Part shown: one piece after another, positions 43,085 to 57,385 of the stretch | How positions within the stretch are numbered: position 1 is the first letter of the stretch | Layout: every line of letters starts with the position of its first letter | Origin: Eledone cirrhosa | Taxonomy: Eukaryota | Assembly (NCBI GenBank): GCA_964016885.1 | Contig: CAXHJY010000607.1 | Coordinates: 1 to 64,000, forward strand | DNA: 64,000 nt | Reading direction: 5' to 3' | The notes under the pieces: generated by a model | Seen by the model: only the letters and a program-made list of their open reading frames with translations | Databases searched by the model: none | Told to the model about the DNA's origin: nothing | Translations under genes and position numbers: made by a program

Positions 43085-46000
43085 TCACGCCACACATAGC
43101 CAATGAGTGTCTGCACATGTACCAGTAATTACAGATCGATCCGACCACGGGCGGCCGGCCCGCGATTGAAAAGGTAACTCCGCCGGCAAATCGTCATTTT
43201 TGGATTCGTTTTCTTCGAAGCACACCATTCGCCGGCGGACTTTGCTGACTTTTAACACGGTTTGGTTCCACAGCCACAACTATTGATTTTACGGAGATAT
43301 CTTGCTGAAATTCACGCCACACATAGCCAATGAGTGTCTGCACATGTACCAGTAATTACAGATCGATCCGACCACGGGCGGCCGGCCCGCGATTGAAAAG
43401 GTAACTCCGCCGGCAAATCGCCATTTTTGGATTCGTTTTCTTCGAAGCACACCATTCGCCGGCGGACTTTGTTGACGTTTAACACGGTTTGGTTCCACAG
43501 CCACAACTATTGATTTTACCGAGATATCTTGCTGAAATTCACGCCACACATAGCCAATGAGTGTCTGCACATGTACCAGTAATTACAGATCGATCCGACC
43601 ACGGGCGGCCGGCCCGCGATTGAAAAGGTAACTCCGCCGGCAAATCGCCATTTTTGGATTCGTTTTCTTCGAAGCACACCATTCGCCGGCGGACTTTGTT
43701 GACGTTTAACACGGTTTGGTTCCACAGCCACAACTATTGATTTTACCGAGATATCTTGCTGAAATTCACGCCACACATAGCCAATGAGTGTCTGCACATG
43801 TACCAGTAATTACAGATCGATCCGACCACGGACGGCCGGCCCGCGATTGAAAAGGTAACTCCGCCGGCAAATCGCCATTTTTGGATTCGTTTTCTTCGAA
43901 GCACACCATTCGCCGGCGGACTTTGTTGACGTTTAACACGGTTTGGTTCCACAGCCACAACTATTGATTTTACGGAGATATCTTGCTGAAATTCACGCCA
44001 CACATAGCCAATGAGTGTCTGCACATGTACCAGTAATTACAGATCGATCCGACCACGGGCGGCCGGCCCGCGATTGAAAAGGTAACTCCGCCGGCAAATC
44101 GCCATTTTTGGATTCGTTTTCTTCGAAGCACACCATTCGCCGGCGGACTTTGTTGACGTTTAACACGGTTTGGTTCCACAGCCACAACTATTGATTTTAC
44201 CGAGATATCTTGCTGAAATTCACGCCACACATAGCCAATGAGTGTCTGCACATGTACCAGTAATTACAGATCGATCCGACCACGGGCGGCCGGCCCGCGA
44301 TTGAAAAGGTAACTCCGCCGGCAAATCGCCATTTTTGGATTCGTTTTCTTCGAAGCACACCATTCGCCGGCGGACTTTGTTGACGTTTAACACGGTTTGG
44401 TTCCACAGCCACAACTATTGATTTTACCGAGATATCTTGCTGAAATTCACGCCACACATAGCCAATGAGTGTCTGCACATGTACCAGTAATTACAGATCG
44501 ATCCGACCACGGACGGCCGGCCCGCGATTGAAAAGGTAACTCCGCCGGCAAATCGCCATTTTTGGATTCGTTTTCTTCGAAGCACACCATTCGCCGGCGG
44601 ACTTTGTTGACGTTTAACACGGTTTGGTTCCACAGCCACAACTATTGATTTTACGGAGATATCTTGCTGAAATTCACGCCACACATAGCCAATGAGTGTC
44701 TGCACATGTACCAGTAATTACAGATCGATCCGACCACGGGCGGCCGGCCCGCGATTGAAAAGGTAACTCCGCCGGCAAATCGCCATTTTTGGATTCGTTT
44801 TCTTCGAAGCACACCATTCGCCGGCGGACTTTGTTGACGTTTAACACGGTTTGGTTCCACAGCCACAACTATTGATTTTACCGAGATATCTTGCTGAAAT
44901 TCACGCCACACATAGCCAATGAGTGTCTGCACATGTACCAGTAATTACAGATCGATCCGACCACGGGCGGCCGGCCCGCGATTGAAAAGGTAACTCCGCC
45001 GGCAAATCGCCATTTTTGGATTCGTTTTCTTCGAAGCACACCATTCGCCGGCGGACTTTGTTGACGTTTAACACGGTTTGGTTCCACAGCCACAACTATT
45101 GATTTTACGGAGATATCTTGCTGAAATTCACGCCACACATAGCCAATGAGTGTCTGCACATGTACCAGTAATTACAGATCGATCCGACCACGGGCGGCCG
45201 GCCCGCGATTGAAAAGGTAACTCCGCCGGCAAATCGCCATTTTTGGATTCGTTTTCTTCGAAGCACACCATTCGCCGGCGGACTTTGTTGACGTTTAACA
45301 CGGTTTGGTTCCACAGCCACAACTATTGATTTTACGGAGATATCTTGCTGAAATTCACGCCACACATAGCCAATGAGTGTCTGCACATGTACCAGTAATT
45401 ACAGATCGATCCGACCACGGGCGGCCGGCCCGCGATTGAAAAGGTAACTCCGCCGGCAAATCGTCATTTTTGGATTCGTTTTCTTCGAAGCACACCATTC
45501 GCCGGCGGACTTTGCTGACGTTTAACACGGTTTGGTTCCACAGCCACAACTATTGATTTTACGGAGATATCTTGCTGAAATTCACGCCACACATAGCCAA
45601 TGAGTGTCTGCACATGTACCAGTAATTACAGATCGATCCGACCACGGGCGGCCGGCCCGCGATTGAAAAGGTAACTCCGCCGGCAAATCGCCATTTTTGG
45701 ATTCGTTTTCTTCGAAGCACACCATTCGCCGGCGGACTTTGTTGACGTTTAACACGGTTTGGTTCCACAGCCACAACTATTGATTTTACGGAGATATCTT
45801 GCTGAAATTCACGCCACACATAGCCAATGAGGGTCTGCACATGTACCAGTAATTACAGATCGATCCGACCACGGGCGGCCGGCCCGCGATTGAAAAGGTA
45901 ACTCCGCCGGCAAATCGTCATTTTTGGATTCGTTTTCTTCGAAGCACACCATTCGCCGGCGGACTTTGCTGACGTTTAACACGGTTTGGTTCCACAGCCA

Positions 46001-49000
46001 CAACTATTGATTTTACCGAGATATCTTGCTGAAATTCACGCCACACATAGCCAATGAGTGTCTGCACATGTACCAGTAATTACAGATCGATCCGACCACG
46101 GACGGCCGGCCCGCGATTGAAAAGGTAACTCCGCCGGCAAATCGCCATTTTTGGATTCGTTTTCTTCGAAGCACACCATTCGCCGGCGGACTTTGTTGAC
46201 GTTTAACACGGTTTGGTTCCACAGCCACAACTATTGATTTTACGGAGATATCTTGCTGAAATTCACGCCACACATAGCCAATGAGTGTCTGCACATGTAC
46301 CAGTAATTACAGATCGATCCGACCACGGGCGGCCGGCCCGCGATTGAAAAGGTAACTCCGCCGGCAAATCGCCATTTTTGGATTCGTTTTCTTCGAAGCA
46401 CACCATTCGCCGGCGGACTTTGTTGACGTTTAACACGGTTTGGTTCCACAGCCACAACTATTGATTTTACCGAGATATCTTGCTGAAATTCACGCCACAC
46501 ATAGCCAATGAGTGTCTGCACATGTACCAGTAATTACAGATCGATCCGACCACGGGCGGCCGGCCCGCGATTGAAAAGGTAACTCCGCCGGCAAATCGCC
46601 ATTTTTGGATTCGTTTTCTTCGAAGCACACCATTCGCCGGCGGACTTTGTTGACGTTTAACACGGTTTGGTTCCACAGCCACAACTATTGATTTTACGGA
46701 GATATCTTGCTGAAATTCACGCCACACATAGCCAATGAGTGTCTGCACATGTACCAGTAATTACAGATCGATCCGACCACGGGCGGCCGGCCCGCGATTG
46801 AAAAGGTAACTCCGCCGGCAAATCGCCATTTTTGGATTCGTTTTCTTCGAAGCACACCATTCGCCGGCGGACTTTGTTGACGTTTAACACGGTTTGGTTC
46901 CACAGCCACAACTATTGATTTTACGGAGATATCTTGCTGAAATTCACGCCACACATAGCCAATGAGTGTCTGCACATGTACCAGTAATTACAGATCGATC
47001 CAACCACGGGCGGCCGGCCCGCGATTGAAAAGGTAACTCCGCCGGCAAATCGTCATTTTTGGATTCGTTTTCTTCGAAGCACACCATTCGCCGGCGGACT
47101 TTGCTGACGTTTAACACGGTTTGGTTCCACAGCCACAACTATTGATTTTACGGAGATATCTTGCTGAAATTCACGCCACACATAGCCAATGAGTGTCTGC
47201 ACATGTACCAGTAATTACAGATCGATCCGACCACGGGCGGCCGGCCCGCGATTGAAAAGCTAACTCCGCCGGCAAATCGCCATTTTTGGATTCGTTTTCT
47301 TCGAAGCACACCATTCGCCGGCGGACTTTGCTGACGTTTAACACGGTTTGGTTCCACAGCCACAACTATTGATTTTACGGAGATATCTTGCTGAAATTCA
47401 CGCCACACATAGCCAATGAGTGTCTGCACATGTACCAGTAATTACAGATCGATCCGACCACGGGCGGCCGGCCCGCGATTGAAAAGGTAACTCCGCCGGC
47501 AAATCGTCATTTTTGGATTCGTTTTCTTCGAAGCACACCATTCGCCGGCGGACTTTGCTGACTTTTAACACGGTTTGGTTCCACAGCCACAACTATTGAT
47601 TTTACGGAGATATCTTGCTGAAATTCACGCCACACATAGCCAATGAGTGTCTGCACATGTACCAGTAATTACAGATCGATCCGACCACGGGCGGCCGGCC
47701 CGCGATTGAAAAGGTAACTCCGCCGGCAAATCGCCATTTTTGGATTCGTTTTCTTCGAAGCACACCATTCGCCGGCGGACTTTGTTGACGTTTAACACGG
47801 TTTGGTTCCACAGCCACAACTATTGATTTTACCGAGATATCTTGCTGAAATTCACGCCACACATAGCCAATGAGTGTCTGCACATGTACCAGTAATTACA
47901 GATCGATCCGACCACGGGCGGCCGGCCCGCGATTGAAAAGGTAACTCCGCCGGCAAATCGCCATTTTTGGATTCGTTTTCTTCGAAGCACACCATTCGCC
48001 GGCGGACTTTGTTGACGTTTAACACGGTTTGGTTCCACAGCCACAACTATTGATTTTACCGAGATATCTTGCTGAAATTCACGCCACACATAGCCAATGA
48101 GTGTCTGCACATGTACCAGTAATTACAGATCGATCCGACCACGGACGGCCGGCCCGCGATTGAAAAGGTAACTCCGCCGGCAAATCGCCATTTTTGGATT
48201 CGTTTTCTTCGAAGCACACCATTCGCCGGCGGACTTTGTTGACGTTTAACACGGTTTGGTTCCACAGCCACAACTATTGATTTTACGGAGATATCTTGCT
48301 GAAATTCACGCCACACATAGCCAATGAGTGTCTGCACATGTACCAGTAATTACAGATCGATCCGACCACGGGCGGCCGGCCCGCGATTGAAAAGGTAACT
48401 CCGCCGGCAAATCGCCATTTTTGGATTCGTTTTCTTCGAAGCACACCATTCGCCGGCGGACTTTGTTGACGTTTAACACGGTTTGGTTCCACAGCCACAA
48501 CTATTGATTTTACCGAGATATCTTGCTGAAATTCACGCCACACATAGCCAATGAGTGTCTGCACATGTACCAGTAATTACAGATCGATCCGACCACGGGC
48601 GGCCGGCCCGCGATTGAAAAGGTAACTCCGCCGGCAAATCGCCATTTTTGGATTCGTTTTCTTCGAAGCACACCATTCGCCGGCGGACTTTGTTGACGTT
48701 TAACACGGTTTGGTTCCACAGCCACAACTATTGATTTTACCGAGATATCTTGCTGAAATTCACGCCACACATAGCCAATGAGTGTCTGCACATGTACCAG
48801 TAATTACAGATCGATCCGACCACGGACGGCCGGCCCGCGATTGAAAAGGTAACTCCGCCGGCAAATCGCCATTTTTGGATTCGTTTTCTTCGAAGCACAC
48901 CATTCGCCGGCGGACTTTGTTGACGTTTAACACGGTTTGGTTCCACAGCCACAACTATTGATTTTACGGAGATATCTTGCTGAAATTCACGCCACACATA

Positions 49001-51678
49001 GCCAATGAGTGTCTGCACATGTACCAGTAATTACAGATCGATCCGACCACGGGCGGCCGGCCCGCGATTGAAAAGGTAACTCCGCCGGCAAATCGCCATT
49101 TTTGGATTCGTTTTCTTCGAAGCACACCATTCGCCGGCGGACTTTGTTGACGTTTAACACGGTTTGGTTCCACAGCCACAACTATTGATTTTACCGAGAT
49201 ATCTTGCTGAAATTCACGCCACACATAGCCAATGAGTGTCTGCACATGTACCAGTAATTACAGATCGATCCGACCACGGGCGGCCGGCCCGCGATTGAAA
49301 AGGTAACTCCGCCGGCAAATCGCCATTTTTGGATTCGTTTTCTTCGAAGCACACCATTCGCCGGCGGACTTTGTTGACGTTTAACACGGTTTGGTTCCAC
49401 AGCCACAACTATTGATTTTACGGAGATATCTTGCTGAAATTCACGCCACACATAGCCAATGAGTGTCTGCACATGTACCAGTAATTACAGATCGATCCGA
49501 CCACGGGCGGCCGGCCCGCGATTGAAAAGGTAACTCCGCCGGCAAATCGCCATTTTTGGATTCGTTTTCTTCGAAGCACACCATTCGCCGGCGGACTTTG
49601 TTGACGTTTAACACGGTTTGGTTCCACAGCCACAACTATTGATTTTACGGAGATATCTTGCTGAAATTCACGCCACACATAGCCAATGAGTGTCTGCACA
49701 TGTACCAGTAATTACAGATCGATCCGACCACGGGCGGCCGGCCCGCGATTGAAAAGGTAACTCCGCCGGCAAATCGTCATTTTTGGATTCGTTTTCTTCG
49801 AAGCACACCATTCGCCGGCGGACTTTGCTGACGTTTAACACGGTTTGGTTCCACAGCCACAACTATTGATTTTACGGAGATATCTTGCTGAAATTCACGC
49901 CACACATAGCCAATGAGTGTCTGCACATGTACCAGTAATTACAGATCGATCCGACCACGGGCGGCCGGCCCGCGATTGAAAAGGTAACTCCGCCGGCAAA
50001 TCGCCATTTTTGGATTCGTTTTCTTCGAAGCACACCATTCGCCGGCGGACTTTGTTGACGTTTAACACGGTTTGGTTCCACAGCCACAACTATTGATTTT
50101 ACGGAGATATCTTGCTGAAATTCACGCCACACATAGCCAATGAGGGTCTGCACATGTACCAGTAATTACAGATCGATCCGACCACGGGCGGCCGGCCCGC
50201 GATTGAAAAGGTAACTCCGCCGGCAAATCGTCATTTTTGGATTCGTTTTCTTCGAAGCACACCATTCGCCGGCGGACTTTGCTGACGTTTAACACGGTTT
50301 GGTTCCACAGCCACAACTATTGATTTTACCGAGATATCTTGCTGAAATTCACGCCACACATAGCCAATGAGTGTCTGCACATGTACCAGTAATTACAGAT
50401 CGATCCGACCACGGACGGCCGGCCCGCGATTGAAAAGGTAACTCCGCCGGCAAATCGCCATTTTTGGATTCGTTTTCTTCGAAGCACACCATTCGCCGGC
50501 GGACTTTGTTGACGTTTAACACGGTTTGGTTCCACAGCCACAACTATTGATTTTACGGAGATATCTTGCTGAAATTCACGCCACACATAGCCAATGAGTG
50601 TCTGCACATGTACCAGTAATTACAGATCGATCCGACCACGGGCGGCCGGCCCGCGATTGAAAAGGTAACTCCGCCGGCAAATCGCCATTTTTGGATTCGT
50701 TTTCTTCGAAGCACACCATTCGCCGGCGGACTTTGTTGACGTTTAACACGGTTTGGTTCCACAGCCACAACTATTGATTTTACCGAGATATCTTGCTGAA
50801 ATTCACGCCACACATAGCCAATGAGTGTCTGCACATGTACCAGTAATTACAGATCGATCCGACCACGGGCGGCCGGCCCGCGATTGAAAAGGTAACTCCG
50901 CCGGCAAATCGCCATTTTTGGATTCGTTTTCTTCGAAGCACACCATTCGCCGGCGGACTTTGTTGACGTTTAACACGGTTTGGTTCCACAGCCACAACTA
51001 TTGATTTTACGGAGATATCTTGCTGAAATTCACGCCACACATAGCCAATGAGTGTCTGCACATGTACCAGTAATTACAGATCGATCCGACCACGGGCGGC
51101 CGGCCCGCGATTGAAAAGGTAACTCCGCCGGCAAATCGCCATTTTTGGATTCGTTTTCTTCGAAGCACACCATTCGCCGGCGGACTTTGTTGACGTTTAA
51201 CACGGTTTGGTTCCACAGCCACAACTATTGATTTTACGGAGATATCTTGCTGAAATTCACGCCACACATAGCCAATGAGTGTCTGCACATGTACCAGTAA
51301 TTACAGATCGATCCAACCACGGGCGGCCGGCCCGCGATTGAAAAGGTAACTCCGCCGGCAAATCGTCATTTTTGGATTCGTTTTCTTCGAAGCACACCAT
51401 TCGCCGGCGGACTTTGCTGACGTTTAACACGGTTTGGTTCCACAGCCACAACTATTGATTTTACGGAGATATCTTGCTGAAATTCACGCCACACATAGCC
51501 AATGAGTGTCTGCACATGTACCAGTAATTACAGATCGATCCGACCACGGGCGGCCGGCCCGCGATTGAAAAGCTAACTCCGCCGGCAAATCGCCATTTTT
51601 GGATTCGTTTTCTTCGAAGCACACCATTCGCCGGCGGACTTTGTTGACGTTTAACACGGTTTGGTTCCACAGCCACAA
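43085..51678. repeat. 19-monomer (4313-bp) tandem duplication
   Basis: Four rare markers share an exact 4313-bp offset: 43250/47563 (GACTTTT), 45832/50145 (GAGGGT), 47002/51315 (TCCAACC) and 47260/51573 (AAGCTAA). Confidence 0.95.
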
Positions 51679-54639
51679 CTATTGATTTTACGGAGATATC
51701 TTGCTGAAATTCACGCCACACATAGCCAATGAGGGTCTGCACATGTACCAGTAATTACAGATCGATCCGACCACGGGCGGCCGGCCCGCGATTGAAAAGG
51801 TAACTCCGCCGGCAAATCGTCATTTTTGGATTCGTTTTCTTCGAAGCACACCATTCGCCGGCGGACTTTGCTGACGTTTAACACGGTTTGGTTCCACAGC
51901 CACAACTATTGATTTTACGGAGATATCTTGCTGAAATTCACGCCACACATAGCCAATGAGTGTCTGCACATGTACCAGTAATTACAGATCGATCCGACCA
52001 CGGGCGGCCGGCCCGCGATTGAAAAGGTAACTCCGCCGGCAAATCGTCATTTTTGGATTCGTTTTCTTCGAAGCACACCATTCGCCGGCGGACTTTGCTG
52101 ACGTTTAACACGGTTTGGTTCCACAGCCACAACTATTGATTTTACGGAGATATCTTGCTGAAATTCACGCCACACATAGCCAATGAGTGTCTGCACATGT
52201 ACCAGTAATTACAGATCGATCCGACCACGGGCGGCCGACCCGCGATTGAAAAGGTAACTCCGCCGGCAAATCGCCATTTTTGGATTCGTTTTCTTCGAAG
52301 CACACCATTCGCCGGCGGACTTTGTTGACGTTTAACACGGTTTGGTTCCACAGCCACAACTATTGATTTTACGGAGATATCTTGCTGAAATTCACGCCAC
52401 ACATAGCCAATGAGTGTCTGCACATGTACCAGTAATTACAGATCGATCCGACCACGGACGGCCGGCCCGCGATTGAAAAGGTAACTCCGCCGGCAAATCG
52501 CCATTTTTGGATTCGTTTTCTTCGAAGCACACCATTCGCCGGCGGACTTTGTTGACGTTTAACACGGTTTGGTTCCACAGCCACAACTATTGATTTTACC
52601 GAGATATCTTGCTGAAATTCACGCCACACATAGCCAATGAGTGTCTGCACATGTACCAGTAATTACAGATCGATCCGACCACGGGCGGCCGGCCCGCGAT
52701 TGAAAAGGTAACTCCGCCGGCAAATCGCCATTTTTGGATTCGTTTTCTTCGAAGCACACCATTCGCCGGCGGACTTTGTTGACGTTTAACACGGTTTGGT
52801 TCCACAGCCACAACTATTGATTTTACGGAGATATCTTGCTGAAATTCACGCCACACATAGCCAATGAGTGTCTGCACATGTACCAGTAATTACAGATCGA
52901 TCCGACCACGGGCGGCCGGCCCGCGATTGAAAAGGTAACTCCGCCGGCAAATCGCCATTTTTGGATTCGTTTTCTTCGAAGCACACCATTCGCCGGCGGA
53001 CTTTGTTGACGTTTAACACGGTTTGGTTCCACAGCCACAACTATTGATTTTACGGAGATATCTTGCTGAAATTCACGCCACACATAGCCAATGAGTGTCT
53101 GCACATGTACCAGTAATTACAGATCGATCCGACCACGGACGGCCGGCCCGCGATTGAAAAGGTAACTCCGCCGGCAAATCGCCATTTTTGGATTCGTTTT
53201 CTTCGAAGCACACCATTCGCCGGCGGACTTTGTTGACGTTTAACACGGTTTGGTTCCACAGCCACAACTATTGATTTTACGGAGATATCTTGCTGAAATT
53301 CACGCCACACATAGCCAATGAGTGTCTGCACATGTACCAGTAATTACAGATCGATCCGACCACGGGCGGCCGGCCCGCGATTGAAAAGGTAACTCCGCCG
53401 GCAAATCGCCATTTTTGGATTCGTTTTCTTCGAAGCACACCATTCGCCGGCGGACTTTGTTGACGTTTAACACGGTTTGGTTCCACAGCCACAACTATTG
53501 ATTTTACCGAGATATCTTGCTGAAATTCACGCCACACATAGCCAATGAGTGTCTGCACATGTACCAGTAATTACAGATCGATCCGACCACGGGCGGCCGG
53601 CCCGCGATTGAAAAGGTAACTCCGCCGGCAAATCGCCATTTTTGGATTCGTTTTCTTCGAAGCACACCATTCGCCGGCGGACTTTGTTGACGTTTAACAC
53701 GGTTTGGTTCCACAGCCACAACTATTGATTTTACGGAGATATCTTGCTGAAATTCACGCCACACATAGCCAATGAGTGTCTGCACATGTACCAGTAATTA
53801 CAGATCGATCCGACCACGGGCGGCCGGCCCGCGATTGAAAAGGTAACTCCGCCGGCAAATCGCCATTTTTGGATTCGTTTTCTTCGAAGCACACCATTCG
53901 CCGGCGGACTTTGTTGACGTTTAACACGGTTTGGTTCCACAGCCACAACTATTGATTTTACGGAGATATCTTGCTGAAATTCACGCCACACATAGCCAAT
54001 GAGTGTCTGCACATGTACCAGTAATTACAGATCGATCCGACCACGGACGGCCGGCCCGCGATTGAAAAGGTAACTCCGCCGGCAAATCGCCATTTTTGGA
54101 TTCGTTTTCTTCGAAGCACACCATTCGCCGGCGGACTTTGTTGACGTTTAACACGGTTTGGTTCCACAGCCACAACTATTGATTTTACGGAGATATCTTG
54201 CTGAAATTCACGCCACACATAGCCAATGAGTGTCTGCACATGTACCAGTAATTACAGATCGATCCGACCACGGGCGGCCGGCCCGCGATTGAAAAGGTAA
54301 CTCCGCCGGCAAATCGCCATTTTTGGATTCGTTTTCTTCGAAGCACACCATTCGCCGGCGGACTTTGTTGACGTTTAACACGGTTTGGTTCCACAGCCAC
54401 AACTATTGATTTTACGGAGATATCTTGCTGAAATTCACGCCACACATAGCCAATGAGTGTCTGCACATGTACCAGTAATTACAGATCGATCCGACCACGG
54501 GCGGCCGGCCCGCGATTGAAAAGGTAACTCCGCCGGCAAATCGCCATTTTTGGATTCGTTTTCTTCGAAGCACACCATTCGCCGGCGGACTTTGTTGACG
54601 TTTAACACGGTTTGGTTCCACAGCCACAACTATTGATTT

Positions 54640-57126
54640 CACGGAGATATCTTGCTGAAATTCACGCCACACATAGCCAATGAGTGTCTGCACATGTACC
54701 AGTAATTACAGATCGATCCGACCACGGGCGGCCGGCCCGCGATTGAAAAGGTAACTCCGCCGGCAAATCGCCATTTTTGGATTCGTTTTCTTCGAAGCAC
54801 ACCATTCGCCGGCGGACTTTGTTGACGTTTAACACGGTTTGGTTCCACAGCCACAACTATTGATTTTACGGAGATATCTTGCTGAAATTCACGCCACACA
54901 TAGCCAATGAGTGTCTGCACATGTACCAGTAATTACAGATCGATCCGACCACGGGCGGCCGGCCCGCGATTGAAAAGGTAACTCCGCCGGCAAATCGTCA
55001 TTTTTGGATTCGTTTTCTTCGAAGCACACCATTCGCCGGCGGACTTTGCTGACGTTTAACACGGTTTGGTTCCACAGCCACAACTATTGATTTTACGGAG
55101 ATATCTTGCTGAAATTCACGCCACACATAGCCAATGAGTGTCTGCACATGTACCAGTAATTACAGATCGATCCGACCACGGGCGGCCGACCCGCGATTGA
55201 AAAGGTAACTCCGCCGGCAAATCGCCATTTTTGGATTCGTTTTCTTCGAAGCACACCATTCGCCGGCGGACTTTGTTGACGTTTAACACGGTTTGGTTCC
55301 ACAGCCACAACTATTGATTTTACGGAGATATCTTGCTGAAATTCACGCCACACATAGCCAATGAGTGTCTGCACATGTACCAGTAATTACAGATCGATCC
55401 GACCACGGGCGGCCGGCCCGCGATTGAAAAGGTAACTCCGCCGGCAAATCGCCATTTTTGGATTCGTTTTCTTCGAAGCACACCATTCGCCGGCGGACTT
55501 TGTTGACGTTTAACACGGTTTGGTTCCACAGCCACAACTATTGATTTTACCGAGATATCTTGCTGAAATTCACGCCACACATAGCCAATGAGTGTCTGCA
55601 CATGTACCAGTAATTACAGATCGATCCGACCACGGACGGCCGGCCCGCGATTGAAAAGGTAACTCCGCCGGCAAATCGCCATTTTTGGATTCGTTTTCTT
55701 CGAAGCACACCATTCGCCGGCGGACTTTGTTGACGTTTAACACGGTTTGGTTCCACAGCCACAACTATTGATTTTACGGAGATATCTTGCTGAAATTCAC
55801 GCCACACATAGCCAATGAGTGTCTGCACATGTACCAGTAATTACAGATCGATCCGACCACGGGCGGCCGGCCCGCGATTGAAAAGGTAACTCCGCCGGCA
55901 AATCGCCATTTTTGGATTCGTTTTCTTCGAAGCACACCATTCGCCGGCGGACTTTGTTGACGTTTAACACGGTTTGGTTCCACAGCCACAACTATTGATT
56001 TTACCGAGATATCTTGCTGAAATTCACGCCACACATAGCCAATGAGTGTCTGCACATGTACCAGTAATTACAGATCGATCCGACCACGGGCGGCCGGCCC
56101 GCGATTGAAAAGGTAACTCCGCCGGCAAATCGCCATTTTTGGATTCGTTTTCTTCGAAGCACACCATTCGCCGGCGGACTTTGTTGACGTTTAACACGGT
56201 TTGGTTCCACAGCCACAACTATTGATTTCACGGAGATATCTTGCTGAAATTCACGCCACACATAGCCAATGAGTGTCTGCACATGTACCAGTAATTACAG
56301 ATCGATCCGACCACGGGCGGCCGGCCCGCGATTGAAAAGGTAACTCCGCCGGCAAATCGCCATTTTTGGATTCGTTTTCTTCGAAGCACACCATTCGCCG
56401 GCGGACTTTGTTGACGTTTAACACGGTTTGGTTCCACAGCCACAACTATTGATTTTACGGAGATATCTTGCTGAAATTCACGCCACACATAGCCAATGAG
56501 TGTCTGCACATGTACCAGTAATTACAGATCGATCCGACCACGGGCGGCCGGCCCGCGATTGAAAAGGTAACTCCGCCGGCAAATCGTCATTTTTGGATTC
56601 GTTTTCTTCGAAGCACACCATTCGCCGGCGGACTTTGCTGACGTTTAACACGGTTTGGTTCCACAGCCACAACTATTGATTTTACGGAGATATCTTGCTG
56701 AAATTCACGCCACACATAGCCAATGAGTGTCTGCACATGTACCAGTAATTACAGATCGATCCGACCACGGGCGGCCGACCCGCGATTGAAAAGGTAACTC
56801 CGCCGGCAAATCGCCATTTTTGGATTCGTTTTCTTCGAAGCACACCATTCGCCGGCGGACTTTGTTGACGTTTAACACGGTTTGGTTCCACAGCCACAAC
56901 TATTGATTTTACGGAGATATCTTGCTGAAATTCACGCCACACATAGCCAATGAGTGTCTGCACATGTACCAGTAATTACAGATCGATCCGACCACGGGCG
57001 GCCGGCCCGCGATTGAAAAGGTAACTCCGCCGGCAAATCGCCATTTTTGGATTCGTTTTCTTCGAAGCACACCATTCGCCGGCGGACTTTGTTGACGTTT
57101 AACACGGTTTGGTTCCACAGCCACAA
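54640..57126. repeat. 7-monomer (1589-bp) offset duplication, second copy partial
   Basis: GATTTCACGG at 54640 and 56229, T62+C113 units at 54889 and 56478, and CCGACC units at 55116 and 56705. Confidence 0.75.
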
Positions 57127-57385
57127 CTATTGATTTTACCGAGATATCTTGCTGAAATTCACGCCACACATAGCCAATGAGTGTCTGCACATGTACCAGT
57201 AATTACAGATCGATCCGACCACGGGCGGCCGGCCCGCGATTGAAAAGGTAACTCCGCCGGCAAATCGCCATTTTTGGATTCGTTTTCTTCGAAGCACACC
57301 ATTCGCCGGCGGACTTTGTTGACGTTTAACACGGTTTGGTTCCACAGCCACAACTATTGATTTTACGGAGATATCTTGCTGAAAT

